A stretch of DNA of 64,000 nt from Candidatus Woesebacteria bacterium. Its GTDB lineage: Bacteria > Patescibacteriota > Microgenomatia > UBA1400 > MFAQ01. Within the stretch, counting starts at the first letter, position 1, and each line of letters starts with the position of its first letter. The notes below the pieces were generated by a model that saw only the letters and a program-made list of their open reading frames with translations, was not told where the DNA came from and did not search any database. Where the stretch lies: positions 631,415-695,414 of the forward strand of contig DAOORK010000001.1 of the NCBI GenBank assembly GCA_035389185.1. Direction: 5' to 3'. A program made the translations under genes and the position numbers. This document shows positions 28,129 to 38,322 of this stretch, piece after piece.

Positions 28129-28632
28129 AAAGGCGGTCCAGAGATATCTTCTTAGGGGAACTCGATAAAAACCTCCCATAAGTGAGACTATTTTGCCGCC
28201 AAACTGGGGAATAAGGCGACCGCCGAGTAGAAACCAAATAGAGTCGGCAGGAAATTTTCCGAGACCGAAGGGAAGATTTTTTTTGGTCTTTTCAAAATTG
28301 GCAACTTCTCCAAGACCTTTGCCAATGAAGTACTCAATAATGGAGGCAAGATTGTTCCCAAGCCAAGAAACAAGTACGCCAATAAAAGATCCAAAGAGAG
28401 CACCGTTTAGAATGACGATGGGATCGGTGGGAATTGGAGTAGCCGAGAGAATTCCCATAATGAGAATGGAAAATAGTGGGGCGTAAATACCTAGAGCAGG
28501 AATAATTTTCTCGATGGATTTTATTTCGCGGTTAAAGACGACAATGAGAACAATTGGTAAGGCAAAAATTACGATAGAAATTAGAATGTTACGAATTTTC
28601 TTGCGAGTGTCTGTTTTCATCGACTTTTTCAT
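28060..28632 (-). CDS. DedA/TVP38-family membrane protein
   Basis: ILNGALFGSFIGVLVSWLGNNLAS...YFIGKGLG DedA motif; start set at an internal Met. Confidence 0.6.
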   Translation of the reverse strand: MKKSMKTDTRKKIRNILISIVIFALPIVLIVVFNREIKSIEKIIPALGIYAPLFSILIMGILSATPIPTDPIVILNGALFGSFIGVLVSWLGNNLASIIEYFIGKGLGEVANFEKTKKNLPFGLGKFPADSIWFLLGGRLIPQFGGKIVSLMGGFYRVPLRRYLWTAFLSNLLGSLLLAIGGYSLLNAIR

Positions 28633-28743
28633 TATAGCTTTTGGAGAGATAAAAGGGGAGATTGGTATATAAGTCTTGACTTTGAAGCTGGTCATGTTAG
28701 GATAATTACATTAATAGTTTAAAGGGCTGGAGACCTAATACTT

Positions 28744-28947
28744 ATGGATAGATATTCCGTAAAGTGTCCTGTGCCCGGATGTCCAAAGGTGTATGTTTTA
28801 GAAGCGATAGATTGGGAAGAGGCGTTTAAGAAGGCGTATGAGAAAGGGAATCAGCATATATTGATGAAGCACCCAGATTTTCCTGATTCACCGATAAGAG
28901 AAGAAATGGCGCGGGAGTATGCGAAAGAGTACTTAAAGAAAATTTGA
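28744..28947 (+). CDS. small Cys-containing hypothetical protein (67 aa)
   Basis: CPVPGCPK motif. Confidence 0.35.
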   Translation: MDRYSVKCPVPGCPKVYVLEAIDWEEAFKKAYEKGNQHILMKHPDFPDSPIREEMAREYAKEYLKKI

Positions 28948-28988
28948 TAGGTTTTGTTTGGTGAAATAATGGGGCGATTTGTGCAATA

Positions 28989-29246
28989 ATGGTTATGTTA
29001 ACAATTGGGAAAGAAATGAAAAGTCCTGCCAAAAAAAAGAAAAAAGTTACCAAAGGTGTGTTGGGTGCTGTGATTGCCGGTGTTGCCGGAGTAGTTGCTG
29101 GTGCAGCTGCCGTGTTTTTGTCTGAGAAAAAAAATAGAGAAACGGTGAAGAGAGTGGTGAATAAAACCGTGAAACGTGGAAAGACGAGTATTGCCAAGGC
29201 AGAAAAAACTGTTGTAGCAGCAAAAAAGAAGTTAGTGAAGAAATAA
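28989..29246 (+). CDS. small Lys-rich membrane protein
   Basis: Gly/Ala-rich TM; followed by a strong terminator. Confidence 0.4.
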   Translation: MVMLTIGKEMKSPAKKKKKVTKGVLGAVIAGVAGVVAGAAAVFLSEKKNRETVKRVVNKTVKRGKTSIAKAEKTVVAAKKKLVKK

Positions 29247-29259
29247 TTCCTTTGGATGA

Positions 29260-29292
29260 TTGGGGCTCTTATTTGATGAGCCCCAATTTTTT
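29260..29292 (+). terminator. rho-independent terminator (inside the 3' end of convergent kbl)
   Basis: ttggggctc-N9-gagccccaa followed by tttttt. Confidence 0.65.
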
Positions 29293-30483
29293 GCCAACAA
29301 GAGCAAATTGTTTGAGACCGAAATCAAGATCTTTTTGGGTATGTGAAGCCGAAGGCATGACCCGAATTCTGGCTTTTCCCTTGGCAACCATGGGAAAGAG
29401 GATGGGTGTAGCAAAGACTCCCTTGTTGAACAGCTCGGTGCTGAAACTTCGAGCAAGATTTTCATCACCAATCATAACCGGAGTAATGGGAGTTTCTGAA
29501 TTGCCTGTGTTAAAGCCCAGTTTTTTAAACCCTTTTTGCAAATAAGCGGCATTTTTCCAGAGTTTTTTTACCAGGGATGGGTGTTTGGTAACAGTGTCGA
29601 TTGAGGCGATAAGGGCAGCCGTATCGGGAATAGAGAGACCTGTTGAGAAAGAAAATGGACGAGCCTTTTGCTTGTAGTACTCAATTAACTTCTGATTGCC
29701 GGCAAGACAACCGCCAAGCACACCAAAAGCCTTTGAAAGAGTACCGATCTCGATATCGACTTGACCATGAAGATTAAAATGGTCGACAATTCCCCGACCA
29801 TTTTTGCCGATAACACCTTCGCCGTGAGCATCGTCTACCATAGTAACAGCACCATATTTTTTGGCTAGTTTGACAATTCCGGGTAGGGGAGCAATATCGC
29901 CGTCCATGCTAAAAACACCATCGGTAACAATAAGAATGATTTTGTCGTGACCATCTTCTCTCTTTGTCTTTTGAACTTCTTTGGCTTCTTTTAATTTTTC
30001 TTCAAGACCTTGGAGATCGTTGTGGGGATAGATATACTTTGTCTGGACTTGTGAAAGACGAATGGCGTCAATAATTGAGGCATGATTGAGCTCATCACTG
30101 ATAACAATATCTTCTTTGTCAATAAGCGTTTGAATAGCGACAAGATTGGCAACGAAACCGCTTGGAACGATCATAACTGAGTCAACTTTTTTGAAGTGAG
30201 CCAGTTTCTTTTCTAGAAGTTCATGAAGAAAGGAATTCCCGGAGAGGGTTCTGACGGCACCAGCTCCGACGCCGTATTTTTTGATGGCGGAAATAGCAGC
30301 AGTTTTTACTTGAGGATGAGAGGCCAACCCTAGGTAGTTATTTGAACAGAGATTTAGTACTTTCTTTCCGTCTGCCTTGATCCATGGACCTTGAGGAGAA
30401 GATACAAGACGATATTTTTTGAGAGTGTGTGAAGCGGTGAGTTCATCTATGGTTTGATTAATCCTTTGGAGTGGGTCTTTCAT
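29269..30483 (-). CDS. kbl: 2-amino-3-ketobutyrate CoA ligase / glycine C-acetyltransferase (alpha-oxoamine synthase family)
   Basis: Collinear with E. coli Kbl: NNYLGLA, [16 protein letters not shown], TDGVFSMDG, MVDDxHxxGxxGxNGRG, GTLxKAxG, ARIRxxxSAxHT, ending xGKxLGxI. Confidence 0.8.
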   Translation of the reverse strand: MKDPLQRINQTIDELTASHTLKKYRLVSSPQGPWIKADGKKVLNLCSNNYLGLASHPQVKTAAISAIKKYGVGAGAVRTLSGNSFLHELLEKKLAHFKKVDSVMIVPSGFVANLVAIQTLIDKEDIVISDELNHASIIDAIRLSQVQTKYIYPHNDLQGLEEKLKEAKEVQKTKREDGHDKIILIVTDGVFSMDGDIAPLPGIVKLAKKYGAVTMVDDAHGEGVIGKNGRGIVDHFNLHGQVDIEIGTLSKAFGVLGGCLAGNQKLIEYYKQKARPFSFSTGLSIPDTAALIASIDTVTKHPSLVKKLWKNAAYLQKGFKKLGFNTGNSETPITPVMIGDENLARSFSTELFNKGVFATPILFPMVAKGKARIRVMPSASHTQKDLDFGLKQFALVGKKLGLIK

Positions 30484-30515
30484 GGGTTTAGTTTATCATG
30501 TTATGATAGTGATAT

Positions 30516-30719
30516 ATGGTACAAAATGAGAGTGAAACCGATCGAATCGTGCGTGTAGTTTTGGGAACAGTATCAATATTGATTGCCTACAGCACCCTGG
30601 AAGGTTTGTGGTTTTATGTGCTGGGTGTTTTGGGTTTGATATTAGTAATAACAGGGCTGACCGGATTTTGTGCAATCTACAAATTGTTGGGTATATCTAC
30701 AAAAAAAATAATATACTGA
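30516..30719 (+). CDS. DUF2892 (YgaP-like) small membrane protein
   Basis: two TM helices with the conserved GxCxxY pattern (GFCAIYKLLG). Confidence 0.5.
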   Translation: MVQNESETDRIVRVVLGTVSILIAYSTLEGLWFYVLGVLGLILVITGLTGFCAIYKLLGISTKKIIY

Positions 30720-30915
30720 GGATATGGATAAAACTCTTGAGTTGGTACTAATTATTATTTCGGCAGTCTTTGTGTTGTATACGGCAGCGGTAGACCCGGC
30801 GGCTTCATTGGTAGTAGCCTTGATAGCTTTGGTCTGTTTGATTGGATACAGATTAATGTTTAAAGAAATGGGAAGGAAGCCGGCGACAAAGAAAAAGATA
30901 AAGATGAGAAAATAA

Positions 30916-31338
30916 TTATTTTCTTTTTGAGTGTGAGGATTGTTTTGAAGAAGAGCTTATGGCAAATTTCTGACGAGAATGTTTGTCTTTCTGAAGAGTG
31001 GAATAGTCTGGGTGGACAAATGGTTGGGAGACGTAGACAGGATACTCGGCTTGATCAATGGAGCTTTGATCATAGTAAGCGAGACAGTTATCGCGAACTC
31101 TGATGCCGATTATCCAGGGACAGATCTCAGTTTCTCCAGTGGAACGAATTGGAACAGAAAGTTTAATGGGGTCACAGTAACCGACGATAAAAACTTCATC
31201 TCCCCAGCGATCAGTGGTTAGTCTGATCCGTGGGTCATCATCTTCATAAAAATGATCTCTACGACTTAAACCCTCAACATCTCGAGCAAAACGCTCACTA
31301 GTCCAATGATTAGAAATACTGTCCCTTTTTTCTGTCAT
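30916..31338 (-). CDS. hypothetical protein
   Basis: 140-aa ORF. Confidence 0.35.
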   Translation of the reverse strand: MTEKRDSISNHWTSERFARDVEGLSRRDHFYEDDDPRIRLTTDRWGDEVFIVGYCDPIKLSVPIRSTGETEICPWIIGIRVRDNCLAYYDQSSIDQAEYPVYVSQPFVHPDYSTLQKDKHSRQKFAISSSSKQSSHSKRK

Positions 31339-31410
31339 TAATTTCCATTGTAGTCAATGATTTGATTAATGATAGGGGGTATTTTATTACAGTTTTGTGC
31401 TTCCAGGAGA

Positions 31411-32181
31411 TCAGGTTAAAAGAACTACCCAAACGACGATGGCGAGAATAAGGCGGTAGATGGCAAAGATGGAGAAACTGTGTTTACTGACGAAGGAAGT
31501 AAAAGCCTTAACGGCCAACATGGCTGAAAGAAAAGAAAAGAGAGAACCGATGAGTAAAATGAGATATTCGTGAGACGAGAAGAGGATGCCCGTTTTTAGA
31601 AGATCATAACCACTGGCTGCAGCCATTGTAGGAATAGCCAAAAGAAAAGAAAATTCGACTGCTTCAGTTCGAGACAAACCATTTGCAAGACCACCTACGA
31701 TGGAAGCTGCCGATCTGGAGACGCCGGGGATCATGGAGAGAGATTGAAAAAGACCGATGGAGAAAGAATTGCCGATTTTTAACTGACTGATTTTTTTGGA
31801 TCCGGATTTTAGTTTGGGTAAACGATCAACAATAAGTAGGGCGATGCCTCCCAAAAAGAGTGCGGCACAGGTAATACTAACGTTATCTAGGAGAAAACCC
31901 TTAACAATTTTATATAAAGTGGCACCGAGAATACCTGTTGGAATAAAGGCAAAAATAATCGGTTTCCATAAGGAACGAGAAAGAAAAATCTTTTTCCAGT
32001 AGAGGACTACAACAGCAAGAATGGCAGAAAGTTGGATGATAATGTTAAAACTTTTGGTGAATTCGGAAGGCGCAATGTTTAAGAATTTTTCCGCAAGGAT
32101 AAGGTGGCCGGTACTGGAGATGGGGAGGAATTCAGTAAGTCCTTCGATAATAGCAAGAATGATAGTTTGAAAATAAGTCAT
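31411..32181 (-). CDS. uppP: undecaprenyl-diphosphatase
   Basis: N-terminal IIEGLTEFLPISSTGHL BacA motif; polytopic. Confidence 0.85.
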   Translation of the reverse strand: MTYFQTIILAIIEGLTEFLPISSTGHLILAEKFLNIAPSEFTKSFNIIIQLSAILAVVVLYWKKIFLSRSLWKPIIFAFIPTGILGATLYKIVKGFLLDNVSITCAALFLGGIALLIVDRLPKLKSGSKKISQLKIGNSFSIGLFQSLSMIPGVSRSAASIVGGLANGLSRTEAVEFSFLLAIPTMAAASGYDLLKTGILFSSHEYLILLIGSLFSFLSAMLAVKAFTSFVSKHSFSIFAIYRLILAIVVWVVLLT

Positions 32182-32208
32182 AGGTAATTATATGTCTCTT
32201 GGTGTAAC

Positions 32209-33018
32209 ATGAGAATAATGTTCTTTGGTAAAAAAAAGAAAATTGTTGGTTTAGCTTTGGGGAGTGGTGGAGCAAGGGGTTTGGCACATATTGGGGTAAT
32301 TCGAGCGTTGGTGAGAAACAAGATTCCAATTGATATGATTGCCGGTTCAAGTTCGGGAGCTTTGATTGGTGCGTGGTATGCGTGTTGGAAAGACTTGGAG
32401 AGAATGGAAAAAACAGTTCAGAAGGTAACCTACAAAGAGTTAGTAAAAGTATTGATTGATCCCGACTGGGGTGCAGGTTTGATTAAAGGTAAAAAAACTT
32501 TAGATTTTTTTGAGGAGATATTTGGAGGAAAGAAAATTGAAGATTTACTTGTTCCTTATCGAGCTGTAGCGACAGATTTACAGACGGCAGAAAATGTAAT
32601 TTTTGATAAAGGGGATTTGGCAGAAGCGGTGAGAGCTAGTATCTCAGTTCCCTTAGTGTATTCGCCGATAGAGATTGGTGATCAATTGCTGGTTGATGGT
32701 GGAGTATCGAGTCCTGTTCCAGTAGAGATACTAAAAGAAATGGGAGCAGACGTGGTGATTGCGGTTAACTTAGATAGTGTGTATTTTTATGAAGGAAAAA
32801 AGAAAAATGGTTCGTTTTCTACGGTAGATATTTTGAAAGATAGTTACTTTGCATTAAGGTATAACTTGGCCAAAAAAGAAGTAAGAATGTCAGACGTGGT
32901 GATTGAACCAAGAATGAAGTATGTGGCCGATTTTGATTTTGTTCAAGGAAAAGAAGCTGTTGAGGCAGGAGATCAAGAGACCGAGAGACAGATGGAAAAA
33001 ATTAAAAGACTAATTTGA
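32209..33018 (+). CDS. patatin-like phospholipase
   Basis: GGARG oxyanion motif and GSSSG nucleophile. Confidence 0.8.
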   Translation: MRIMFFGKKKKIVGLALGSGGARGLAHIGVIRALVRNKIPIDMIAGSSSGALIGAWYACWKDLERMEKTVQKVTYKELVKVLIDPDWGAGLIKGKKTLDFFEEIFGGKKIEDLLVPYRAVATDLQTAENVIFDKGDLAEAVRASISVPLVYSPIEIGDQLLVDGGVSSPVPVEILKEMGADVVIAVNLDSVYFYEGKKKNGSFSTVDILKDSYFALRYNLAKKEVRMSDVVIEPRMKYVADFDFVQGKEAVEAGDQETERQMEKIKRLI

Positions 33019-33660
33019 TTGTTCAGAGATCTTTTTAAGTTTTTCCAGGTCGTTGACGACAAACTGAGAACGTTTGGTGGTTACAGCACCGCTTTTTTGT
33101 AGTTTACTCATTTGGACACTTGTGGTTTCACGAGTAAGACCGACCAAGTTGGCGATGACGCGGTGAGTGGCAGGAAAGTTGACAATGAGCTTATCGTTCT
33201 TCATGGTCCCGTAGTCATGGGTAAGCTGAAGAAGAACGGAGGCGATTTTACTTAGGGCGTTGCCGTTGATAATGTTTCCTTGATTGACAAAGTAGTTTAG
33301 GAGAGAGCCGAAGAAAAAATCCATAACGTCGAGAGTAATCTGTTTGTCATTACCAATGAATTTTTTAAATTCGGAGTAGGGTGCAGCATAAACCTCAACT
33401 GGAGTCAGGGCTTGGAAATAGAAATCATTACGGTGATTGGAGACAAAGTGAATAACGGACATGGTAAAGAGAGGTCTAAAGAGATTGATGGTGCTTTCTC
33501 CTTTTGGAGTGATGGTGTAGGCGCGTCCAAAACCAGATTTGTTGAAGTAGACGTATTCAAACTTATCACCTGGTTTGAGGATAATTTGCCCCTTGGAATA
33601 TTTGTGAACGGGGAACTGAGAAAAGAACTTTTTTAATTTGATGTATTTTGCTTTGGTCAT
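33010..33660 (-). CDS. Crp/Fnr-family transcriptional regulator
   Basis: cNMP-binding domain; C-terminal HTH GLTRETTSVQMSKLQKSGAV; start at the internal ATG. Confidence 0.7.
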   Translation of the reverse strand: MTKAKYIKLKKFFSQFPVHKYSKGQIILKPGDKFEYVYFNKSGFGRAYTITPKGESTINLFRPLFTMSVIHFVSNHRNDFYFQALTPVEVYAAPYSEFKKFIGNDKQITLDVMDFFFGSLLNYFVNQGNIINGNALSKIASVLLQLTHDYGTMKNDKLIVNFPATHRVIANLVGLTRETTSVQMSKLQKSGAVTTKRSQFVVNDLEKLKKISEQSN

Positions 33661-33774
33661 ACGTAATTCGTTATTATATACTACAAAAAAATTGTAATGC
33701 TGTAGCTTTAGAAAAGGAAAAATTAACTTTGAGGATAGGGAAGACAAGAGAAAATAAAATGTGTAGAATAAAGT

Positions 33775-34230
33775 ATGTCAAAAAAGCAAAATGTAGGAGT
33801 TAATACTAAAGGTTGGGAGAAGAGTATGGAGGACTTATTTACGAAGAAATTACCGGCGTTGCCAAGTAACATAAAAGAGATTATTGTCCGTTACTGCCCT
33901 TGGGCTTCGGTGCTTTTGATTGTGATGTGCTTGCCAACTTTGTTTATGGCTTTAGGTCTATGGTCAATTTTGGCTCCGTTTGCCTATTTGGGTTATACCT
34001 ATCATTACGGATATGACATAACCTGGTGGATATCTATTGTGAGTACCGGTTTGTCAATTTGGGCTTTACCGGGATTGTTTAAGAGACGAATGATGTCTTG
34101 GAAATTGCTGTTTTACTCATCTTTGGTGATGGGACTTTATTACCTATTGTCGTTTAATTTGGGTGGATTGGTGATCGGTACAGGATTATCGCTTTATATC
34201 CTGTTTCAGGTGAAGAGTTACTATAAATAA
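33775..34230 (+). CDS. membrane protein (4 TM)
   Basis: hydrophobic. Confidence 0.4.
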   Translation: MSKKQNVGVNTKGWEKSMEDLFTKKLPALPSNIKEIIVRYCPWASVLLIVMCLPTLFMALGLWSILAPFAYLGYTYHYGYDITWWISIVSTGLSIWALPGLFKRRMMSWKLLFYSSLVMGLYYLLSFNLGGLVIGTGLSLYILFQVKSYYK

Positions 34231-34236
34231 AAACCT

Positions 34237-34977
34237 TTATAGAGTTACGATTAGGAAGCGAGGTTTATTAAAGGAGTCGTTTTCAATCCGACAAGAGAGA
34301 TTTTTGGGAATAGAAAAACTTTTTGGGGTGTGAGTATCGTCGATTTCTAAAATCGCCTGGCCATTTTTATTTAGGTACTGGGGGAGTTGATCAAGAAGAG
34401 CGTTGATAAAGAGATTGCCTTTGGGACCACCATCTAATGCGAGATGGGGTTCGAAATCTTTGACTGACGGATCGAGACTATTGATATTTTTGGAAGGAAT
34501 ATAGGGGAGATTGGCGAGAATAAGATCGAATTTGACAGGAGGAAAATCTCTTAGGAGGTTTGATTTTTGGAAAAAGATATTTTCGGGTGAGTGAAGAAGT
34601 TTTTGAACATTGAGATTGGCCACCTTGAGAGCTTCGGCGGAGATATCGGAAAGAAAAATAGTGTAGGGAATTTGGCGTTTTTTTAACGTGTAAGCGAGAG
34701 AGATACCGAGACACCCAGATCCGGTGCCAATATCAGCAATGACGGGATGAGCAAGCTCGTGATCATCTATGAATTGAAGTGCTTCGGCAACTATTTGTTC
34801 GGACTCGATTCGGGGGATAAGGGTAGCAGGAGTAACTAAAAAATCGAGACCGAGAAATTCGGCGTGGCCGGTGGCATACTCGACTGGCTGATCGCCGATT
34901 GAACTAGGATCAATTTGAGGAGCAAAACGACGAAGATGGTTTTGCTCGTAAGGTGAGAGATTTCTTTTGGTCACTCT
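34237..34977 (-). CDS. prmC: release-factor glutamine methyltransferase (PrmC/HemK-like)
   Basis: SAM motif DIGTGSG; catalytic LILANLPY (NPPY variant); GTG start chosen because the annotated N-terminus is implausible. Confidence 0.55.
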   Translation of the reverse strand, partial: RVTKRNLSPYEQNHLRRFAPQIDPSSIGDQPVEYATGHAEFLGLDFLVTPATLIPRIESEQIVAEALQFIDDHELAHPVIADIGTGSGCLGISLAYTLKKRQIPYTIFLSDISAEALKVANLNVQKLLHSPENIFFQKSNLLRDFPPVKFDLILANLPYIPSKNINSLDPSVKDFEPHLALDGGPKGNLFINALLDQLPQYLNKNGQAILEIDDTHTPKSFSIPKNLSCRIENDSFNKPRFLIVTL

Positions 34978-35087
34978 TTTATTATATCCTGATTTAACGG
35001 ATAAAAATACCCTATAATTTGACTTTTGAGGCAAAATGTGGTAATATATAGGTTGTAGGTTGAACACTAAAACTCTGAGGAGAAGAG

Positions 35088-35408
35088 ATGAAGAAAACAA
35101 TTTTTGTGTTGTTGGTGGTTGCGACTCTGCTGATTGTTGGTTGTTCAGCAGTAAAGGCTGACACTGGCAGTGATCCATTCTTGCTCTCCGATGATTCGGA
35201 GTACGTGGGAAAGGTAATATTCAGAACAAAAGTCTATGGAGATACAGTTACCTCTGATTCTCTTTATTGGACGGCTTGGGATTTGTTCTGGCCAGGAGAT
35301 GATTGCTTCGTGGACGGAGTGAATACGGTGAGTATCTCCGGGCTGTATTACATGTCCGGATATCACTGGGAAGTATCAGACAATACATATTGCATCGTCA
35401 AGGATTAG
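35088..35408 (+). CDS. small lipoprotein
   Basis: signal peptide plus Cys (LIVGCSA). Confidence 0.45.
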   Translation: MKKTIFVLLVVATLLIVGCSAVKADTGSDPFLLSDDSEYVGKVIFRTKVYGDTVTSDSLYWTAWDLFWPGDDCFVDGVNTVSISGLYYMSGYHWEVSDNTYCIVKD

Positions 35409-35416
35409 GTATTTAA

Positions 35417-35446
35417 GCCGCTTGGAAACAGGCGGCTTTTTTGCTG
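35417..35446 (+). terminator. rho-independent terminator
   Basis: aagccgc-ttggaaacag-gcggctt followed by ttttgctgtttt. Confidence 0.65.
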
Positions 35447-35448
35447 TT

Positions 35449-36216
35449 TTAGGGAGTGGCGAAGGTATATTCCTCTGTAGAAGTGGTCTTGCCATTAACG
35501 ACAATGGTAATGACATATTTGTAGAGAGTACCCGGTTGGAGGTTTTCGATATTGAGAAGATGATTTGTTTGAGCATTTGGAGAGATGTCAAAAATCTTGT
35601 TAAGGATTTCGGGATCTCCTTCGGTGAATTTCAAAGAGGTTTGGGCGGCATTTTTGGTAGAAAAAGAGATAAGGACCTGAGTGCCTGAGATTGGGGTGAT
35701 AAGGGGAGAGGTAAGAATGTCGCTGGCTTTGATACGAGACTCTTGAGTTGTGCCCAACTCTTTAATAATCGTGGGGAGAGCTGCGACAGCAGTAAAGACA
35801 ATAACAAGAGGGATGATAACGGCGAAAGCTGACTTTAGGGGAATACCCCAAAGTTTGTGATAATAAATTTTTGCCTGTTGAGCTTTTTTGAATTGAATAA
35901 GCTGATCTTTGGGGAAGAAATCACCGTGATTGTTGGGACAAGAAAAAACGGTAACAGTTTGAGGTACAGAGTCGTCTTTGATACTAGACATTGTCTGACC
36001 GCATTTGGGACAGACAGGGTGAGAAACGGGTACTGTTTTTGACTTTGGTAGAACAGAGTCGATGTTTTTGGCGGTTTCGGCTGTGATGAAATTAGCCAAG
36101 TATGGATCTAAGAAATGACCACCACAGTTTAGACACTCGGCAATGTTTTTTGATTGCCCATCTTGAGTATCAATATTGATATAAGAGAGATCTGAGCCAC
36201 AGTGAGGACAGGTCAT
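35449..36216 (-). CDS. zinc-ribbon membrane protein
   Basis: N-terminal CPHC...CLNC; second CPKC pair; one TM segment. Confidence 0.45.
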   Translation of the reverse strand: MTCPHCGSDLSYINIDTQDGQSKNIAECLNCGGHFLDPYLANFITAETAKNIDSVLPKSKTVPVSHPVCPKCGQTMSSIKDDSVPQTVTVFSCPNNHGDFFPKDQLIQFKKAQQAKIYYHKLWGIPLKSAFAVIIPLVIVFTAVAALPTIIKELGTTQESRIKASDILTSPLITPISGTQVLISFSTKNAAQTSLKFTEGDPEILNKIFDISPNAQTNHLLNIENLQPGTLYKYVITIVVNGKTTSTEEYTFATP

Positions 36217-36285
36217 GAGTTCATTTTAGCAAAGATAGAGATAATATTTTTCTGAGACATATCACCAATATTCTTTGTTGGCCAC

Positions 36286-36372
36286 CGGTAATCCGGACTC
36301 TCCTGCGGAGTCCGGTCACCTCGATTCTCGGTGTAAATTTCTCAGAGTACTGAGAACCAAGCAATTTACACC
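36286..36372 (+). promoter_or_regulatory. structured RNA element or leader upstream of the beta-CASP RNase gene
   Basis: Perfect 8-bp hairpin ccggactc-tcctgcg-gagtccgg (36293-36315). Second 10-bp stem ggtgtaaatt/aatttacacc (36330-36372) encloses an inner tctcag-agta-ctgaga hairpin. Confidence 0.3.
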
Positions 36373-36467
36373 TGCGAAACGTGTCACAAAGAACATTTGG
36401 TTCATGTTTTTAACTGAAAAATATAATAAAGGAACAAGTTATATTAGGTGTCTGATAAACTGGAAGA

Positions 36468-37811
36468 GTGAAAATAAAGTTTCTGGGAGCGGCTGGGACA
36501 GTAACGGGATCATGTTATTTTTTGACCGGAGAAAAGACCGGTTTGATGGTTGATTTTGGAATGTTTCAGGGGAAAGCAGAGGATGTGGGGCTGAATGAAA
36601 TTAAACCGGCAATAGATTATGACAAGCTTAGTGCTGTTTTGTTAACACATGCGCACCTGGACCACTGCGGAAGACTGCCTTTATTATTGAAATACAGTTT
36701 TGGGGGACCGATTTTTATGACCGAAGCTACAAAAGCATTGATGGAGTTAGTTTTATATGACTCAGCAAAAATAGCAAAAGAAGAAGAGACTAAGACAGTT
36801 CTCTATACCGATGAAGATGTGGAGAGGATGGTAGAACAAGTTCAAACGGTGGTCTATAACAAGCCCTTTGTGCTGGGTGATTTTGAAATTACTTTTTTGG
36901 ATGCTGGGCACATTTTGGGTTCGGCAACAGTGTTGATTAAAGAAATAAGTTCAGGGAAACTAGTCTCTTTTAGCGGTGATTTGGGAAATACACCGGAACC
37001 GTTGTTGGACCCGACTCATTGGGTAACAAAAGCTGATGTGTCGGTTGTGGAGTCAACATATGGAAATGAGGTACACGAACCCCGGGATGAAGTCGAGGAA
37101 TTAACCAAAATTGTGGCTCAAGCTGAAGAAACGAACGGAGTGGTAATGATTCCTTCATTTTCACTGCAGAGATCACAAGAACTGTTATATATTTTTGACC
37201 AGTTAAAAAAGCAGGGAAAAATGAAAGAAAAGACACCTGTATTTTTAGATAGTCCGATGGCAATCAAGGCCACCGAGGTGTTTCGAGATTTTCCGGAACT
37301 TTATAGTAGGAAACTAGAGGAACAAGTTAAAAAAGATGATCCATTTGATTTTCCGGGATTGGTTTTGTGCGATACGATTGAAAAAAGCCGTCAGATAAAA
37401 AATATTATTGGTCCGAGAATAATCGTGGCAGGAAGCGGAATGATGAGCGGAGGAAGAATTATTCATCATTCGATTTCTTTTTTGGGCGAGGAAAGCACAC
37501 AGTTGGTGTTTGTGGGATATCAAGCTGAAGGAACAATGGGCAGAGAGATTAAGGATGGGGCAGAAAGAGTAAATATTTGGGGAAATACAATCGAGATCAA
37601 GGCACAAAAAAAAGAGATAAAAACAATGAGTTCTCATGCCGACCAGCTGCAGATTTTGAATTGGCTACATAAAATGGATGGTTTGTCGAAAGTGATATTG
37701 ACACATGGGGAAGAGTTACCGAGGTTGGTGCTGGCTGAGAAAGTGAGACAGGAGTTACCAGGAGTTGAGGTATTTATGCCGGTATTAAATGACGAAATTA
37801 CTATCGAATGA
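36468..37811 (+). CDS. beta-CASP MBL-fold ribonuclease (CPSF73/TTHA0252-like, RNase J-related)
   Basis: KIKFLGAAGTVTGSCYFL; HAHLDHCG motif; GTG start. Confidence 0.7.
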   Translation: MKIKFLGAAGTVTGSCYFLTGEKTGLMVDFGMFQGKAEDVGLNEIKPAIDYDKLSAVLLTHAHLDHCGRLPLLLKYSFGGPIFMTEATKALMELVLYDSAKIAKEEETKTVLYTDEDVERMVEQVQTVVYNKPFVLGDFEITFLDAGHILGSATVLIKEISSGKLVSFSGDLGNTPEPLLDPTHWVTKADVSVVESTYGNEVHEPRDEVEELTKIVAQAEETNGVVMIPSFSLQRSQELLYIFDQLKKQGKMKEKTPVFLDSPMAIKATEVFRDFPELYSRKLEEQVKKDDPFDFPGLVLCDTIEKSRQIKNIIGPRIIVAGSGMMSGGRIIHHSISFLGEESTQLVFVGYQAEGTMGREIKDGAERVNIWGNTIEIKAQKKEIKTMSSHADQLQILNWLHKMDGLSKVILTHGEELPRLVLAEKVRQELPGVEVFMPVLNDEITIE

Positions 37812-38311
37812 GAAAACTGTTTTTGACTTTGCTACCAGTATTATTTTTGCAGATATTTTGTTCTCAGATTTTTGCTTATGATTTAACTTTGACAGCTGTT
37901 GGAAGTCAGTCAACATTGGGGGTAGATTACAGTTTGGTGAACTATACAGGGGGAGTTCCAACTCTAACCGGAACTGCATCTCCAAGTGCACAGATTGGGG
38001 TAAATATAAATACCTTGTTGCGATATACAGTTGCAAGCACAAGCGGAATTTGGCAGTTCGTGCCAAGTGCCTTGAGTGAAGGGGACAATACTGTCGTTTT
38101 GAGTTCGGGTAGTCAGACAATATCATTTATTTTAAGATTCAATTCGACTGAGTCCGGTGAGATTGCAACTCCGGCGGCGCTAATGGAGTCGGAGTTATTG
38201 GATAGTGGAGTGTGGGAGTACTATATACCAGCGGTATTTTTGGGTTTGTTGATTTTGGGAATGGGGAGATTTGGTAGAAGATGGATGCAAAAATGGGAGA
38301 AGGGTGATTAA
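37808..38311 (+). CDS. secreted, C-terminally membrane-anchored protein
   Basis: signal peptide and C-terminal TM with RFGRRW. Confidence 0.4.
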   Translation: MRKLFLTLLPVLFLQIFCSQIFAYDLTLTAVGSQSTLGVDYSLVNYTGGVPTLTGTASPSAQIGVNINTLLRYTVASTSGIWQFVPSALSEGDNTVVLSSGSQTISFILRFNSTESGEIATPAALMESELLDSGVWEYYIPAVFLGLLILGMGRFGRRWMQKWEKGD

Positions 38312-38322
38312 ATGTAACTCTT

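Noticed and set aside
36275-36553. 92-aa ORF upstream of and overlapping the beta-CASP RNase gene
   Set aside because: It spans the hairpin-rich leader and the true gene start. It has no RBS or coding-like composition and is most likely an artefact of a structured non-coding region.
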